A DNA stretch of 64,000 nt, taken from Cycas panzhihuaensis. Taxonomy: Eukaryota; Plantae; Cycadophyta. The notes beneath the pieces are model-generated. The model was not told the DNA's origin and did not search any database. It was given only the letters and a program-made list of their open reading frames with translations. The position numbers were made by a program, and so were the translations under genes. Position 1 is the first letter of the stretch. Every line of letters begins with the position of its first letter. Of the stretch, positions 15,189 through 29,207 are shown one piece after another. The stretch covers positions 207,025,741-207,089,740 of the forward strand of contig CM041465.1 of the NCBI GenBank assembly GCA_023213395.1. The letters are read 5' to 3'.

Positions 15189-18100
15189 TGTTGGAAAAAT
15201 AAATCAGAGTGCAGAGTGTAGTAGGTATGTAAATATCAATCTATCTTAAGAAACATAAGTATAAATATGATATTGATTAAGCCATTGTTCAAAGTATATA
15301 TCAAATCTCCAATAGTTGGTGGTTTCTAAAGACACTAGGGTTATTCACCCTAGAAAATATATAATTATGAGGGAGGAGGAAAACCTCCTCAACCTTTAAA
15401 ATTTAAACAATAATAAAATAATATAGAACTCAATTTAAAATTAAACTCACTTAACTTACCCTTAACATGTGTGTGCTCATATGTGTTTAAGGTGGGGGTG
15501 GGGTGATGAATATTAACTCCAATAAACTCCTCCTTAATGTTCATCATGATCATCCTTTATTTCTCCTTGAACTTTTGGTACCTATACTTGAAGAAAACTT
15601 TGAATACTTATGTCTTAGCTTGATTTTCAACTTGTTTGATGTAGTCAATAATAACTTGCTTTGTCATGCTTTTAACAAAATGTGTCTCTCTAATATTGTA
15701 TAGTTTGAATAGCTTCCAAGTAAATGTAGTAGAGATAGCTTGATTTGTATGAATGGAAATGACTTTGTCTTAATCTTTGTCCTTCATTTGAGTTGAGTCC
15801 ATGATATATATCATCTTATCAAATGTGACATTAAAATTAATATTTTTATTGAAAACTATACTAGTACAAGAAATGTTAGACTTTTCATTAGATGGTACCT
15901 GATCTAACATCTACCTCATAGGAAAAATATCATCAATGTAGTTAGTAATATTAAAATCTAGGGAATCTCCCCCATAAATCAAATCTAATATATTCCACAC
16001 TGATTTGGATGTAGTCATTTTAGAGACACTAGAAAATGCATTATCATCTATGCAACAAAATAAAAGAGCTAGGGATTCATTGTCTCCTTTCAAGTCTTCT
16101 TTATTATTTGGTTCATATCTATCATTGATATATTTCTAAAGGTCATTTGAGATTAAGTGTACTTTCATTATGGTCCTCCAAAGCTGAAAGTCATTACCAT
16201 CAAATACTAGAAAACTGATATTGCTTAAATTCATTGCCATTGTATAGAGGCTTTAGTACATAATCAACAAATATGGTTAACTACGAGAGGTAATCCTCAA
16301 AGGAAAGTTGAAGCAAAACTTAATAGAATCACAATAATTATAAGTAAAAGAATTAAGGATTCTCTTCTTCTTTAAATGAGCCAAGAACTATATGCTAGTA
16401 TGCAAACTAGTGCTTTCAAATTGATGTACTTTATAGGAAAGACAAGAATCTATATTCTCCTTTAAATGTAATGTAATAAGAAACCTTTAATACTTTAAAT
16501 ATAAATTAGCCTTTAGAATATTGAATTGAACTTTTGAGACAAAATAATCAATGAACCTTGAAACCTCAAGCTTTTCCAAATTTTAAGTTAAGAAAAAATG
16601 GCTAAAGCTTTTGATAAAAAAGGGGAATAACTTCTTGTCTAATATGCAAGACAAAGATATTAGATTTTATATGCCAAATAGTTCTTTTATAATAACAAGA
16701 ATAACTATATGAAACTTGTAAATTTTGAATAGAAACTATGCTCAAAGTGATTTAGAATACTAGGAAACTTTTTGCATTTATTTGATGATGTAAAAAATGA
16801 AATAGGCTCAATGTAGATAATACCCATATGTCATTTTATAACACTTAGGTTTCTTAAGGCTTAAGGATTTGAAATTGATATTAGTTGGCTATAAAATAGC
16901 TTAGAATATATACAAAATCCCAATAATAACTCCAAAAACTAATTAGTAATACGTAATGCTCACATATAATTATTTCAAATAAGGAAATACTCAAAAAATA
17001 TTATTAAATAAGCATGTCTAGGGTTGAATTGGAACCTTAACTTGATTAGTTTCAATGACATATAAAGATGTTAAAACATAATAAAATTAATTCCAACATA
17101 AAGTAATCTAAAATACCTTTTCGATGAATCTTACGGTTTGAAAGTTAGAGTTGAAATGACTAAGTTATTGTAAAAAAAGTGAGCAGGCCTCTTTATAGCT
17201 AATAGAATAACTACTAAAAAAGGTAGTCACTTTGATTGATTAAAACTCAGCTAAAATGGGCCCAAATTTGATAAGTGATAACACCAAACTAATGAGATCT
17301 AAAATATAGTTCTAATGAGACAAGTTTTGCTAATAACTAATGCTCCAAAGATAAGTTATGATATTAAATATAATAGGTACTCTTTGAGTAAAAATATAAA
17401 GAAAATTTTAATAAAATAAATTAGCACCTTTTGGAAAATAGGGAGCATGGTCACATGAAGTAATTTTGAACCAAAAAATAGATCTCTATGAGAGCTACAG
17501 ACCTCCAACACTTAGTAGATGCTCATCAGCACTTGAAGATAGATTTAAGACAAATATATCTTAAAAATTAAAAGAATACCTCTTAATAAATTAATATGAG
17601 TGAGGTCATATCTGATTGAGTCAAGGGCTAAGCAAAGCAGGCTAATACCCTTTAATCCACACAGAATTCAAATATTATTAATAAGAATTACATTTATTTA
17701 TAACTTTAACAACTTTATAATATAAACCAAATAAATTTTAATAAATCAATACATGAAAATGTCACGCAGTCATGAGACTTTGTTAGAGGATGCAAAGGTA
17801 ATTGTGGATCAAATAAGCACCAAAATTAGATCAAGAAGCTTTGATATTATAGATTGATGAGGTGTTCCAGTATCAGTAGCCTTAGATTGATCAATTGTTC
17901 ATAAAAAATATGAATTACTTAGAGTAAACAACATAAAAGAAAGAGACACAGAAATTTAAATGATCAGCTATACAAAGGAACATTGGCCAATTTCAATTTA
18001 AATAAACACTAAAAAGTGATCAAGAGTCTCCAGAGTTATATAAAGATGAGGGATGTTTAGATATTCAAACTAAAAATGTAAAAAAACTTTCAAAAATTAC

Positions 18101-19022
18101 TTAATACAAGTGATAAACAAAGGAAAAAATGATGAAATTTTGGGCATAGAGGTTCAGATAACTCAATCTTTTCATAGGGTCTATGGTTTCTCACAAGATT
18201 TTAAGCATATCTAGGTATTCTTGATAGTTGAATGCTACTGAAGTTTTGTAAAGAATGATCACTTGTAGATTTAGAATGAAGCTACAAATCAAAGCAAGCC
18301 AAAAAAATAGATATAGAGTGACTCTAGGCGATATTTCTCTTGGCATAGGCAACGAAAATGAGTGAGGTTCCTTCTAATAGCTAGAGGATCCAGTTGTGAA
18401 CAGAATGAGTAGTCATGTGCAATAGTTCTAAGTAATGTGGAAAGCATAATCACTAGTTCTAAAATAGTTATCATTGGTTCCAAAAATAAAGAAATGAAAA
18501 ATAAATGTAATAAAATGAAATATTAATAAATATAAATGATTTTTCTATAGTTCAAATACCTCTAATGAATAATAATAAGAATAAACTCATAGTAAAATAA
18601 TCGTAATAGAGTGTCATGAGTTTTTTTTGTCCACCAAATGCTTGTTCTTATACCAAATATACCAAGATTTATGCTCTAATATCAAATGTTAGAAAAATAA
18701 ATCAGAGTGCAGAGTGGAGTAGGTATGCAAATATCAATCTATCTTAAGAAACATAAGTGAAAATATCATATTAATCAAGCCATTATTGAAAGTATACATC
18801 AAATCTCTAATAGTTGGTGGTGTTTAAAGACACCAGGGTTATTCACTCTAGAAAATATATAGTTGTGAGGGAGGAGGGAAACCTCCTTGACTCCCAAATT
18901 TTAAACAATAATAAAATAATACATAACTCAATTTAAAACTAAACTCACTTAACTTACCCTTAATATGTATGCGCTCACATGTGTTTAAGGTGAGAGTGGG
19001 GTGATGAACATTAATCCCACCA
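15189..19022 (-). mobile_element. Non-autonomous Ty1/Copia derivative 'C' (3.83 kb) nested in B
   Basis: 336-bp LTRs at 15189-15524 and 18687-19022. TSD TTAAG/TTGAG. Degenerate Met-PBS at 18673-18684 and PPT at ~15527-15535. Confidence 0.92.
15580..16241 (-). pseudogene. gag: Element C gag N-terminal remnant plus RNase H C-terminal remnant
   Basis: The rc of ~16241-15950 reads MAMNLSNISFLVFDGNDFQLWRTIMKVHLISNDL..ESLALLFCCIDDNAFSSVSKMTTSKSVWNILDLIYGG. 15580-15760 resembles the TKHIE..QVDI end of RNase H. Confidence 0.75.
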
Positions 19023-19027
19023 TTGAG

Positions 19028-20047
19028 CTTATCTCCTATAAGTAAAATAAAGCCAACACCTTCCATGGGTAATACATGAGAATCTCCAAGTATGATATTA
19101 GAATCACTCAAACTAGCATCTAAGACATCAAAGTTTTACTTCTAATAAGTGATGTATTTATATGTTTGAGAGTCTAGGATCCAATAATCTTTCTAATTTG
19201 ACTCAACTAACAATATTGAAATCCTAACATAATGTGTTGCTATACTCTTCCTCTTTCATCTTGTCTAGCCTTGCACTTGTCCTACTTCTTAAACTAATTA
19301 TTCTTTTTCTTGTGGCCCTCTTTCTTATAGTAATTATACTTACCTATAAACTTCTTTTTCTTTTGAGATATCTCTCCTATTTTTTATGTGGACTTACCCT
19401 CTTAAACTAGATCTTTCCTTTATATCTTCATGACTAAGGCCTAATTTGATTATAAACCAGTAAGAATTCTATGATGCTTTAACTTGGTATCCTTAGCTAG
19501 GATTAGGTTCTTTAGTGACTTAAACAATTCACTCTCTATAACTTTATCTCTTGCATAGGTAGTCTAGAAGGTTCCAAATATGGCTGGTAATTTTGACATA
19601 ATAATCATAAAGAGTAGTGTATCATCTATTGAGTTTAGCTTCAATTCATCTAACATGTTTATTAAATTAGTAATCTTATTCAATTACATACTCAAGTTAC
19701 TCTTATCCTCTACTTTTGAGTTTAATAACTCTATCATAAGAGTGACACAATGATTAGTTATTTTCTTCTCACATGTCTCACATAGCTTTGTCTAGATCTC
19801 ATGAGATGATTCAAGATTATAGACTAAATCTCTATGGTTTGGAGCCAAAGATAACTTAAGTAAACCCATAACCATGAACTATCTCTCCTATGTATATATA
19901 TGCTCTTTCTCATCTAAAGGGATAAGTAACAATTTAGATTTAGTAATTCCCCAAAGTTAGATCACCATCAAAACCAATTCCATGTTTTCCTTCCATTCAT
20001 TGAAGTTATTCCCATTGAAAATGACTAGAGGAACCAACTTTTTCCAT
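19028..20047 (-). pseudogene. gag: Copia B gag-protease remnant
   Basis: The rc reads VPLVIFNGNNFNEWKENMELVL (~20035-19975) and protease-like WILDS (~19170-19184). ORF 18848-19111 begins with the protease-like SNIILGDSHVLPMEGVG. Confidence 0.8.
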
Positions 20048-20149
20048 GCTAAAAAAATAGGCAAATATAAGGACTTTATATTAGACTTATATTTCCAATA
20101 TACCATTGAACATAATGTTTAAATACTTTGTTCTATAACACAAAATATA

Positions 20150-22839
20150 AATGTTGTAATATATTCCAACATCCCCTCTTAATGTAAATATACGATATCA
20201 AGGTTTATCCTTAGTAGTAGAACCCCTCTCAAGGATAACCTCACCTAATGTATATGAATGTCAATATAGCGATCTTTAGTTAGAGCTTTGATTAGCATGT
20301 TAATCCTTATTCTTTAAGCATCTTGTAGGTCTTCAACCATCAATGGAACATAGGATTACAATCCATGTCTCTTCAAACAATGACTTCTTATCATCACTTC
20401 CACTAAGTTCTACTTCCATCTCAAACATAATATTAGGCAAACAAACCTCTATACCTACCGAATCATGGCTCAAAAAAGTGAAGCAATAAAAGATAAAACA
20501 TGTAATTATATGACACTCAATATGATACTCATAACTCTTCAAACTGACATCTAGACTAATCATAATGCATTCCCCTATAGATCATAAAGACACTCTAAAC
20601 TCTTGTAATCTTGTTGCTATAATCTTCTTCTAAGATGAGTGCATTACATATACTTCAATATATAAATGGAAGGCTTCTGACTTGGTCCAATATATAATAT
20701 AAGGTGAATATAAAATGAACAACTTTAACAAGGCACCTAATACTTGTCTACTATAGCTTTTTCCATAAATCTATGGGAGGTAAACCATTACATGAACCAA
20801 CCTCACTATTTACATGATGATACTCACCTATATTGAAACCTTATGAAGTTTACAAGACAACTATTCTATACTATGACAAAGGCATAATTGATTTTTAAGG
20901 CATCTTGTCATAGACCTTTCCATTCACACTTCAAATTTTTATCAAACACTCTATCTCAGCTCCACATCACACTTATTTAGATATGCACACATGTTAAACT
21001 AGCATCAAATACGCCATAAACCCTCATACTAACATCAATCTAACTAGAAAAGTATAATATCCCACCACCACTAATAACCACTTATACAAATAGCAAAGCC
21101 TAAACCTCTTATCACTTCATACACATTTAATGCAATAGAACTCGAATATGCATGAATAAAACACACAATTTTAATGAATAATCTATGCCATAGTAGTAAT
21201 AATAGTAATAGAGTTTACTTTATTTTGTAGCAAAGGTATCTCCATCAAACCTTCCGTTCTTTACCTTACTATCAATTAATAAACATCAACTAATATTAAT
21301 AACTCTCGCCTAAACACACACATTATTGCCCATTAATCATGCCCTATTTTTAATTAGTGAATTCCATTGCCTTGATAACTTGCCTAAATCTCTTATATAA
21401 ACACATACAAGAGCTTACCATTACCTAATATCTCAATTCACCATAAGATCATCACCTTATATATATATGTATGTATGTATGTATAGAGAGAGAGAGAGAG
21501 AGAGAGAGAGATAATCAATAATTTCTATGACACATTATATAGCCATCATAAATTAACAAAATGTGCCCACTTAAAAAGATTTCTTAAAGAATCCTCTTGA
21601 TGTCTCAATATAAAAGGAAAGTGCTTATATACATGTGTGTGTGTGTGTGTATAAGCAGGCAATGAAATAATATTCAACTATAACTTTATAAAATCAAATA
21701 TGACTACAAAATATTATCACATAGCTCTGAATACACTCATTATGCAGGCAATCCAAATAAATCATGTGGCTACAAAATAATATAAATGCAGGCAAATAAT
21801 ATATTTTTCATGATGAAAATATAAATGCAAGCCACAAAATAATAACATGTATAAGGGTCAAATAGTCATAATGACTAATATTTGCTAGCTAGTGGTCAAT
21901 AATCAATACGCGACTATAAAATATATCATCGCAAAGGATACCAGGGAGAAAATATATTTTAAAATGTATATTTTAAGTATACCTCATATTATATTACCAT
22001 ACATATCACTTATGGCTATTGCAAATGGCTTCACTAGGGATCTACACTCTCCCATTGCTTGTTTCACATTAACAGAGGGCTAGTAATTATCTATAACTAG
22101 GTGCATGGCATCTCTCCTCATATAGTCAACCTCAAACATCTCTAAACTGGTCAACAAACATCAAAATCACCTTCAGGGCTTTACAAGCTTAGTGGAATCT
22201 CAAGTAATAAATTTGGCACCATTAGTAGGCTCAAAATAAGCTCGTATGGCTAGTAACAGAGTAACCAAGGCTGCAAATCACCTTCTACTCATCCACCTTC
22301 TACTCATCCACACACCTCTATAGGGCTTAGAAATCCTACAAACATATATAAAGAGCACGAGGATCCTTAAATGATCATATGCACCTCTGTGGTAGTTATA
22401 CGGTGTCATTAAACATGTCAATCCTCATAAAGTAATCCAGCATGACCTAGCACTAATGATTAGATAATCTAGATAATGATTCTCTATTTATGCACCTCAT
22501 GTAGCTCTAATACCATGTTAGAAAACACCTATATGCAAGCAAGTCAAAAAAAGATTTCACACAAAGTAGATATAAACAAAACAAATGCACATGAGACACT
22601 AGATTTGAGGTGGGAAATCCTCTTAGGTGAAAACCCACCAAAATAATATTATTTCATATTTTTAACAAATCTATTATATTAAATAGATGGACTTTGGTCT
22701 TTATTTATAGATCTAAAGTTCCTTGATAATATTACATTATGTGATTACATCCATCAACTCATCCAATATTACATTAAAAATATTTTGCACATTAACTTAC
22801 CACACATTAACATTAGTTGTATGGTAATATATTCCAGCA
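20150..22839 (-). mobile_element. Non-autonomous Copia family 'D' copy 1 (minus strand; 3' LTR almost lost)
   Basis: 5' LTR at 22516-22839 is the rc of the LTRs at 24404 and 36419. PBS at 22503-22515. PPT at ~20172-20180 lies next to a ~20-bp LTR stub ending 20171. ORF 20333-20563 is paralogous to ORFs 23499-23717 and 27208-27405. Confidence 0.85.
21460..21511. repeat. Compound (TA)/(TATG)/(GA)n microsatellite inside D1
   Basis: Read directly. Confidence 0.9.
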
Positions 22840-24721
22840 CATTGCACAAAGTTTATATAAATATAGTTTATTCATTAAAATAGCATGTTTTATTCATGTA
22901 TATTCTAGTTCTATTATGTCAGATATATATGAGGTGACAAGAGGTTCAGAATTTACTATTTATATAAGTGGTTATTAGTGATGGTGGATCATTATACTAT
23001 GGTAGTTGGATTGATATTAACATGAGGGTTTGTGGCCTATTTAATGTTGGTTCAACATGTGTGCATATCTAAACAAGTCTAATATGGAACCAAGATAGAG
23101 TGTTTGATAAAAATTTGAAGTGTGAATAGAGAGGTCTATGACAAGATGCCTTAAAAATCAATTATGCCTTTTTCATGGTATAGAATAATTATCCAATGAA
23201 CTCTATAAGGTTGTATTATAAGTGAGTATTATGATGCAAATGATGAGGTTGGTGCATGTAATGGTTTACCTCCTATAGATTTATGGCAAAATCTATAGCA
23301 GATAGTTATTAGGTACCTTTTTAAAGTTGTTTGTGATACATTCCCTTTATGTTGTATATTAGACCAAGTTAGAATCCTTCCATTTATATCTTGAAGTACA
23401 TGTGGTGTGCTTATCTCAGACAAAGATAGTAGTAGCATGATTACAAGACTTTAGAGTATCTTTGTGCTTTATAGGAGAATGCATTATGATTAGTCTAGAT
23501 GTCATTTCAAAGAGATATGATGTATAATATTGCGTGTCATCTAATTATAGGTTTTATCCTTCATTGTTTCACTTTTCCAAGCCATGATTTAGTAGGTATG
23601 GAGGTTTGTTTGCCTAATATTATGTTTGAGATAGAAGTAGGATCTAGTCAAAGTAATGATGAGAAGTTATTATTTGAAGAGATATGGATTAGAACACCAT
23701 GTTTCATTGATGGTTGAAGAACTATAGGATGATTGAAGAATGAGGATTAGCATTCCAGTCAAAGTTCATGATAGATACCAATATTCTAGTAAGTGAATAT
23801 TTTCAATGGAGAGTTGTATTAATAGAGAGTGACATATGTGGGAATTGGGTCTCTTTTCTTCCCTCAAAAGCCTAGTCAATTTATAAGTTGGCAAATCTTA
23901 TTGCATAGGATTTCATATAGAAAGAAGGATTTAGGTATGAGGAGATATTATGTACTAATCTCTATGTTATTAGTCTATTGGTTCCTTTAGTAGATAATTA
24001 GGAGTCACATCACATCATATCAATATTCCTTAATAGAGACTTAAGGAGGAGATTCACATGGGTCAAGTGGCTTAACCTCTTCGTTTAGTCAAAGGAAAAT
24101 AGATGAGTAACATGGATAAAGTGTTAGGTGCAGAGAGAAGTTGTATGGTTGCAGAGACTATTGGACTATTTCTAAAGAATCAAGCACATATAAGGCATAA
24201 CACCATTACATATGAGAGAATATCCTATTAGGGAAGATGCAAGTTAAAGTTTATCCAAGTGGAGATAAACTTCAGGACATGTTCACCAAGCACTAATTAA
24301 AGATAACTACATTGATATTTGTGCATATTGGGTGAGGTTATCCTTGAGATGGGATCTATTTCCAAGGATAAAGCTTGATACACACATTTATATTAAGAGG
24401 GGATGTTAGAATATATTACCATATTGACTAATATTAACATGTGGTGAGTTAATATGTAAATTATTCTCAATGTAATATTGGATTAGTCTATGGATATAAT
24501 CACATAATGTAATATTATCATGGCACTTTAGATTTATAAATAAAGATCAAAGTCCATCTATGTGATACGCTAGATTTATTAAAAATATGAAATAATATTA
24601 TTTTGATGGATTTTCACCTAAGAGGGTTTCCCACAACATTCCCATGTGTATTTGTTTCTATTCAAATCTACTTTGTGTGAAATATTTTATCAACTTGCTT
24701 GCATATAAGTATTTCCTAACA
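22840..24721 (+). mobile_element. Family D copy 2 (3' half), ending in an LTR shared with copy 3
   Basis: 22840-24403 is collinear with 26488-27356 plus 35685-36418. Contains INT/RT/RH scraps (KEGFRYEE; RIKHI..QDMFTK). PPT AAGAGGGGA at 24395-24403, LTR at 24404-24721. Confidence 0.87.
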
Positions 24722-27700
24722 TTGTATTAGAACTATATGAGGTGCATAAGTAGAGAATTATTATTTAGATTATCTAATCATTGGTGTTAGATCATGTTAC
24801 CTTGCCTTGTGAGGATTTGTATATCTGATGACCATATAGAACTACCACAAAGGTGCAAATTATTATGTGAGGATATTGGTGCCCTTTATTTATGTTTTGT
24901 AGGAATTATAAGCCCTATAAAGGTGTGCATATGACTAGAAGGTTATCTGTAGCCCTAGTTACTCTGTTGATAGTTGTTGGAGCCTAATTTGATATTGATA
25001 AAGGTTCCTAATCTATTGTTTGAGGTGCCTCTAAATTTTCAAAGCCCTAGAGGTGATTTTGGAGTTTATTAATCATTTTTAGAGATATTTGAGACTACTC
25101 GTATGAGGAGAACTGCCACGCACCAAGTTGCAGACACGTGCCAACCCCTTGTTGATGTGAAATAACTAGTAGGAGAGTGCAGAGCCCTGATGAGCCATTG
25201 CAACACCTATAAGTAAATAATATAGTGATATAATAAAGGTATGCTCATAAAAATATATTCTTTGAAATATATATAAATTAGCTTTAATGTATGCAGTCGT
25301 GTCATACTTTATTTATCCACTTATATAGAATATTATTGCCATGCATAATAACAATCATTACATTGCAACTATGATCATATTATTTATGCTTGTTTGATAA
25401 TATAGTAGTCACTTATTGAAACAAATCATCCATTGTATTATTATGTCACCCCTATATTTGTTTGCATCTATGCTTTGTATGCATATTGCCTTGCCATATA
25501 TGCACCCATGATAGTATTCATCACTAGTGAATGTTTATGGTAGCTGTGTGATTATTCTTTATTACCATGTGTTATATTGAACCATAACTCATAAGTTTAT
25601 ACATTTTAATCACATGTTACTATGTTATTTCTTGTTGTGTGATTATTTATTGGATGTAGTCATGAATACTAAAGTCAATACCATTGAATATACAATTTTG
25701 CAATCGCATATATATTTGCTTGTGATATACAAAGTTGCTCTTTTAATCCAATATCAATTGACACTTTGATCATTATATTTAAGTCACTTTTTTAATATAT
25801 ATAATGTTGCCCATTTGATATCATTTAATTGCTCCTCTTATATATCTCATGGAGTCACCTTTCATAATAGTGCTCAGTCATTTTTTTATTATATCACTTG
25901 ATATTTATTTAACATTGTGATTTAATATTCGTCACTTATTCATTTCAATAAAGTCACTTTGATTCATTTCCAAGTTGTTTGCCTTATTAAGGGTCTTATT
26001 ATATCATGTTTCAATTCCATTTACCTTTGATACAATCACTTGTATTACCTTTGCCATTGAACATATCATATAGATATATGAATTTATGCCTTTAAAATTT
26101 CTTAAGGTGTGATATAGTGTTATGTGCAAATGGGTATATGTAATGGTGTATGGTGAGTTTTTTTAGACTCATAGAAGGGTGCATATAAGATATGTATAGC
26201 AAAGCTAGTGATATACTAGCAAAGTGAGTGCTTTGGGTGTATTCTATTGATAATTTAATGGTGATTAAGTTCTTTATTACATGCATTTTACATGAGAAAG
26301 TTAATGGGTAATGTAGGTGACATAAGACAACAGATTACCTATTTGCATGTGTTTATATAAGAGAGGGCTAATGGGTAAAATAGGGTAAGAAGAGTGAAAA
26401 GAAGGAAAGAAGGGTGAGTTTAATGAAGATACCTTCATTGCAAATGAAATTAAACTCTATTATTATTATTGTTTTTATGGCATGGATCATTGCACAATGT
26501 TATTATAAGTGTGGTTTAATCATTATAAATTGGTGTGTCTTATTCATGTTTATTCTAGTTCTGTTGTATCTGATGTATATGAGATGACAAGAGGTTCAAA
26601 ATTTATTATTTATATAAGTGGTTATCAGTGATAGTGAACCATTATACTTTACTAATTAGACTTATATTAGCATGAGGGTTTTTGGCCTATCTGATGTTGG
26701 TTCAACATGTGTGTATATTTGAACAAGTTTAATGTAGAACTGATAGAGTGTTTGATAAAAATTTGAAGTTTGAATGAAAAGGTCTATGGTAAGAAGCCTT
26801 AAAATTAGTTATACCTTTGTCATGGTATGGAATAGAAGTTGGTTGTCCTATGTACCCATCTTTGAATTGAGTTACAAGTACCATGATGTAGATGAGAGGT
26901 GTTTTATGCATTATTATGTTTACCTCCTATGGTTTTTTTGGTAGAAGCTATTGTAGATAACTATTTTATGTGTATTTTATTAAGGCTTTTATGGTATATC
27001 CCCCTTATTTTGTATGTTAGACTAGTTAAAAACCTTCCATTCAATTATTGATATGCCTTAGAGTGCACACATCTTAGATGAAGATTATAATAGTAGAATT
27101 ATAAGAGCTTGAAGTGAATGGTGCTTACAAATAGTGTGATATATAGGGGGAAAGCTTTGTGATTAGTCTAGATGTCATATTAAAGAGTTGTTGATGTATT
27201 ATACTAAGTGTCATATAATTACAGGTTTTATTCTTTATTTTTCTTACTAGTTCCAAGTCATTGTTCAATAGGTGAGGAGGTTTGTTTGCCTAACATTATG
27301 TTTGATATGGAAGCAAGATTTAATGGGAGTGATGATGAGGAGCTATTGTTTGAAGATGATGGAGCCGGAGGAGCAGAGCAGGACATCACGCGACTTTCAT
27401 CTTGAGTACAACGGCGATTTCCGAAAGAATGGCGGTGTTAATAAACACCAGGGAGGTATTCCCAACCCATAAATAGAGATTCGGGGAGGCGTCGGGCGCC
27501 ATCACCCTAGCTGCACAACAATTAAGGTTAATTTGAAAAATATAAAAATAAATAAGCGGTGTCGTACCTCACGTGAGTGGTCGGTCCGGCAAGCTGAGCG
27601 GTCCAAGGTGCCCTAGGGGCCCTCAAAGGTGGCTTTGAGGGGCCCTAAGCCTAGTGCACAAACATTGGGATTATTCCCAACATTCTCCCCATAAGCCCAA

Positions 27701-28571
27701 TGTGTATGACTCCTAAATCATCTCGAACTTTTCAAACTTGATTTTTCCCAAGGCCTTTGTAAAAATATCCATTGTTTGATCTTCTTGCTACAATAAGTCA
27801 ACTCTATCTGCTCGCTTGTACAAGTTCGAATAAAGTGGTAATGAGTTTCAATGTGCTTTGTTCTGCCGTGGAATCTTGGATTTTTGGTCATTTGAATAGC
27901 GCTCACGATTGTCACACCAAATTTTAGTGGGGCCTTCTTTGTTTAATTTGAAAATCCTGTAAGAGTCTTCTTAACCGATTGATTCACGGGCACCTAACAT
28001 CGCGACTTTATATTCTCGCTTGGTGTGGATAAGGAAGCGGTATTTTGTTTCTTTGAACTCCAAGCTCTGCTTCGATCCCATATTAAATGCATAACCGTAA
28101 GTAGATTTTCTATCATCAATATCACCACAATCAATCATGTAACTGTTAACTGAAACTCGGATGTAGGTTTGTAGTATAGTCCAAAGTCCAAGTCCCTTTA
28201 AGGTATCGAGGATTCTTTTAGCGACTTGCCAATGGGATGTCTTTGGATCCTGCATAAATCTAGATACAACACTTACTAATATGTTATATCGTCGAGTAGA
28301 AGTTAAATAAAGTAGGCTACCAATCAATTGTCTATAGTGAGTGGGATCAACCGAGGTTGAGTCATCATCTTAGAGAGTTTAATTCCAATTTCATTGGTAT
28401 TGATAATGGTTTACGCTTGTCATATTAAATCTTTGTAGAAGGTCTAGTATATATTTACGTTGAGATATAAATATTCCTTGTTTATCTTGCCACACTTCCA
28501 ATCCTAGGAAGTAGTGCATAAGACCTAAGTCTGTCATTTCAATTCCTTACACATAGCTTCTTTAAATTGAT

Positions 28572-29207
28572 TTAAAAGTTGGGAGTCATTTCCAGATAAA
28601 TTAAGTCGTCTACATAAAGTCCTACGATCAATATCGAATCTCCTTTAATTTTAGTGTATAGGTTTGGATCTGCTTGAGATCTTTCAAACCCTTGATCTTT
28701 AAGATATGTGTCTATACGGGAATACCAAGCCCTAGGTGCTTGTTTTAGACCATATAACGCTTTCTTTAACTTATACACTTTGTTTTCTTCCCCCCTGACT
28801 TCAAAACCGAGGGGTTGAGAAACATAGATATCTTCTTGTATATAACCATTTAAAAAGGCACTTTTTACGTCCATTTGATAAACAGGCCAACCCATTTGGG
28901 CGGCTAAACTTATTATCATGCGAACTGATTCCATTCTAGCAATTGGGGCAAATGTTTCGGTATAGTCTATTCCTTCTTTTTGGGCATATCCTTTGGCAAC
29001 TAAACGAGCTTTATATTTATCAATTGATCCATCAGAGTGGAACTTAGTCTTATAAACCCATTTGGTTCCAATGGCTTTCTTTCTTGGTGGTAAGTCTACA
29101 AGTTCCCAAGTATCATTTTTAACGATAGATTTATATTCCTCTTGCATGGCTCGCCAAAGACTCATGTTGTTTAGCCGCACCAACTGTTTGCGACTCATGA
29201 CCTTCAA
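28572..29207 (-). CDS. pol: Copia reverse transcriptase segment (211 aa open)
   Basis: RVT_2-type motifs up to YVDD. Confidence 0.9.
   Translation of the reverse strand: MKVMSRKQLVRLNNMSLWRAMQEEYKSIVKNDTWELVDLPPRKKAIGTKWVYKTKFHSDGSIDKYKARLVAKGYAQKEGIDYTETFAPIARMESVRMIISLAAQMGWPVYQMDVKSAFLNGYIQEDIYVSQPLGFEVRGEENKVYKLKKALYGLKQAPRAWYSRIDTYLKDQGFERSQADPNLYTKIKGDSILIVGLYVDDLIYLEMTPNF

Noticed and set aside
25155-25205. Possible hammerhead ribozyme (GAAA...CTGATGAG) in non-autonomous D, i.e. a retrozyme
   Set aside because: The stems cannot be formed, and the homologous site in D1 reads CTAGTGAAG, so the core is not conserved.
20333-27405. Three paralogous small ORFs (..EVCLPNIMFE..) as a novel gene family
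   Set aside because: They are the same decayed integrase-region segment in D1, D2 and D3, with inconsistent starts and stops.
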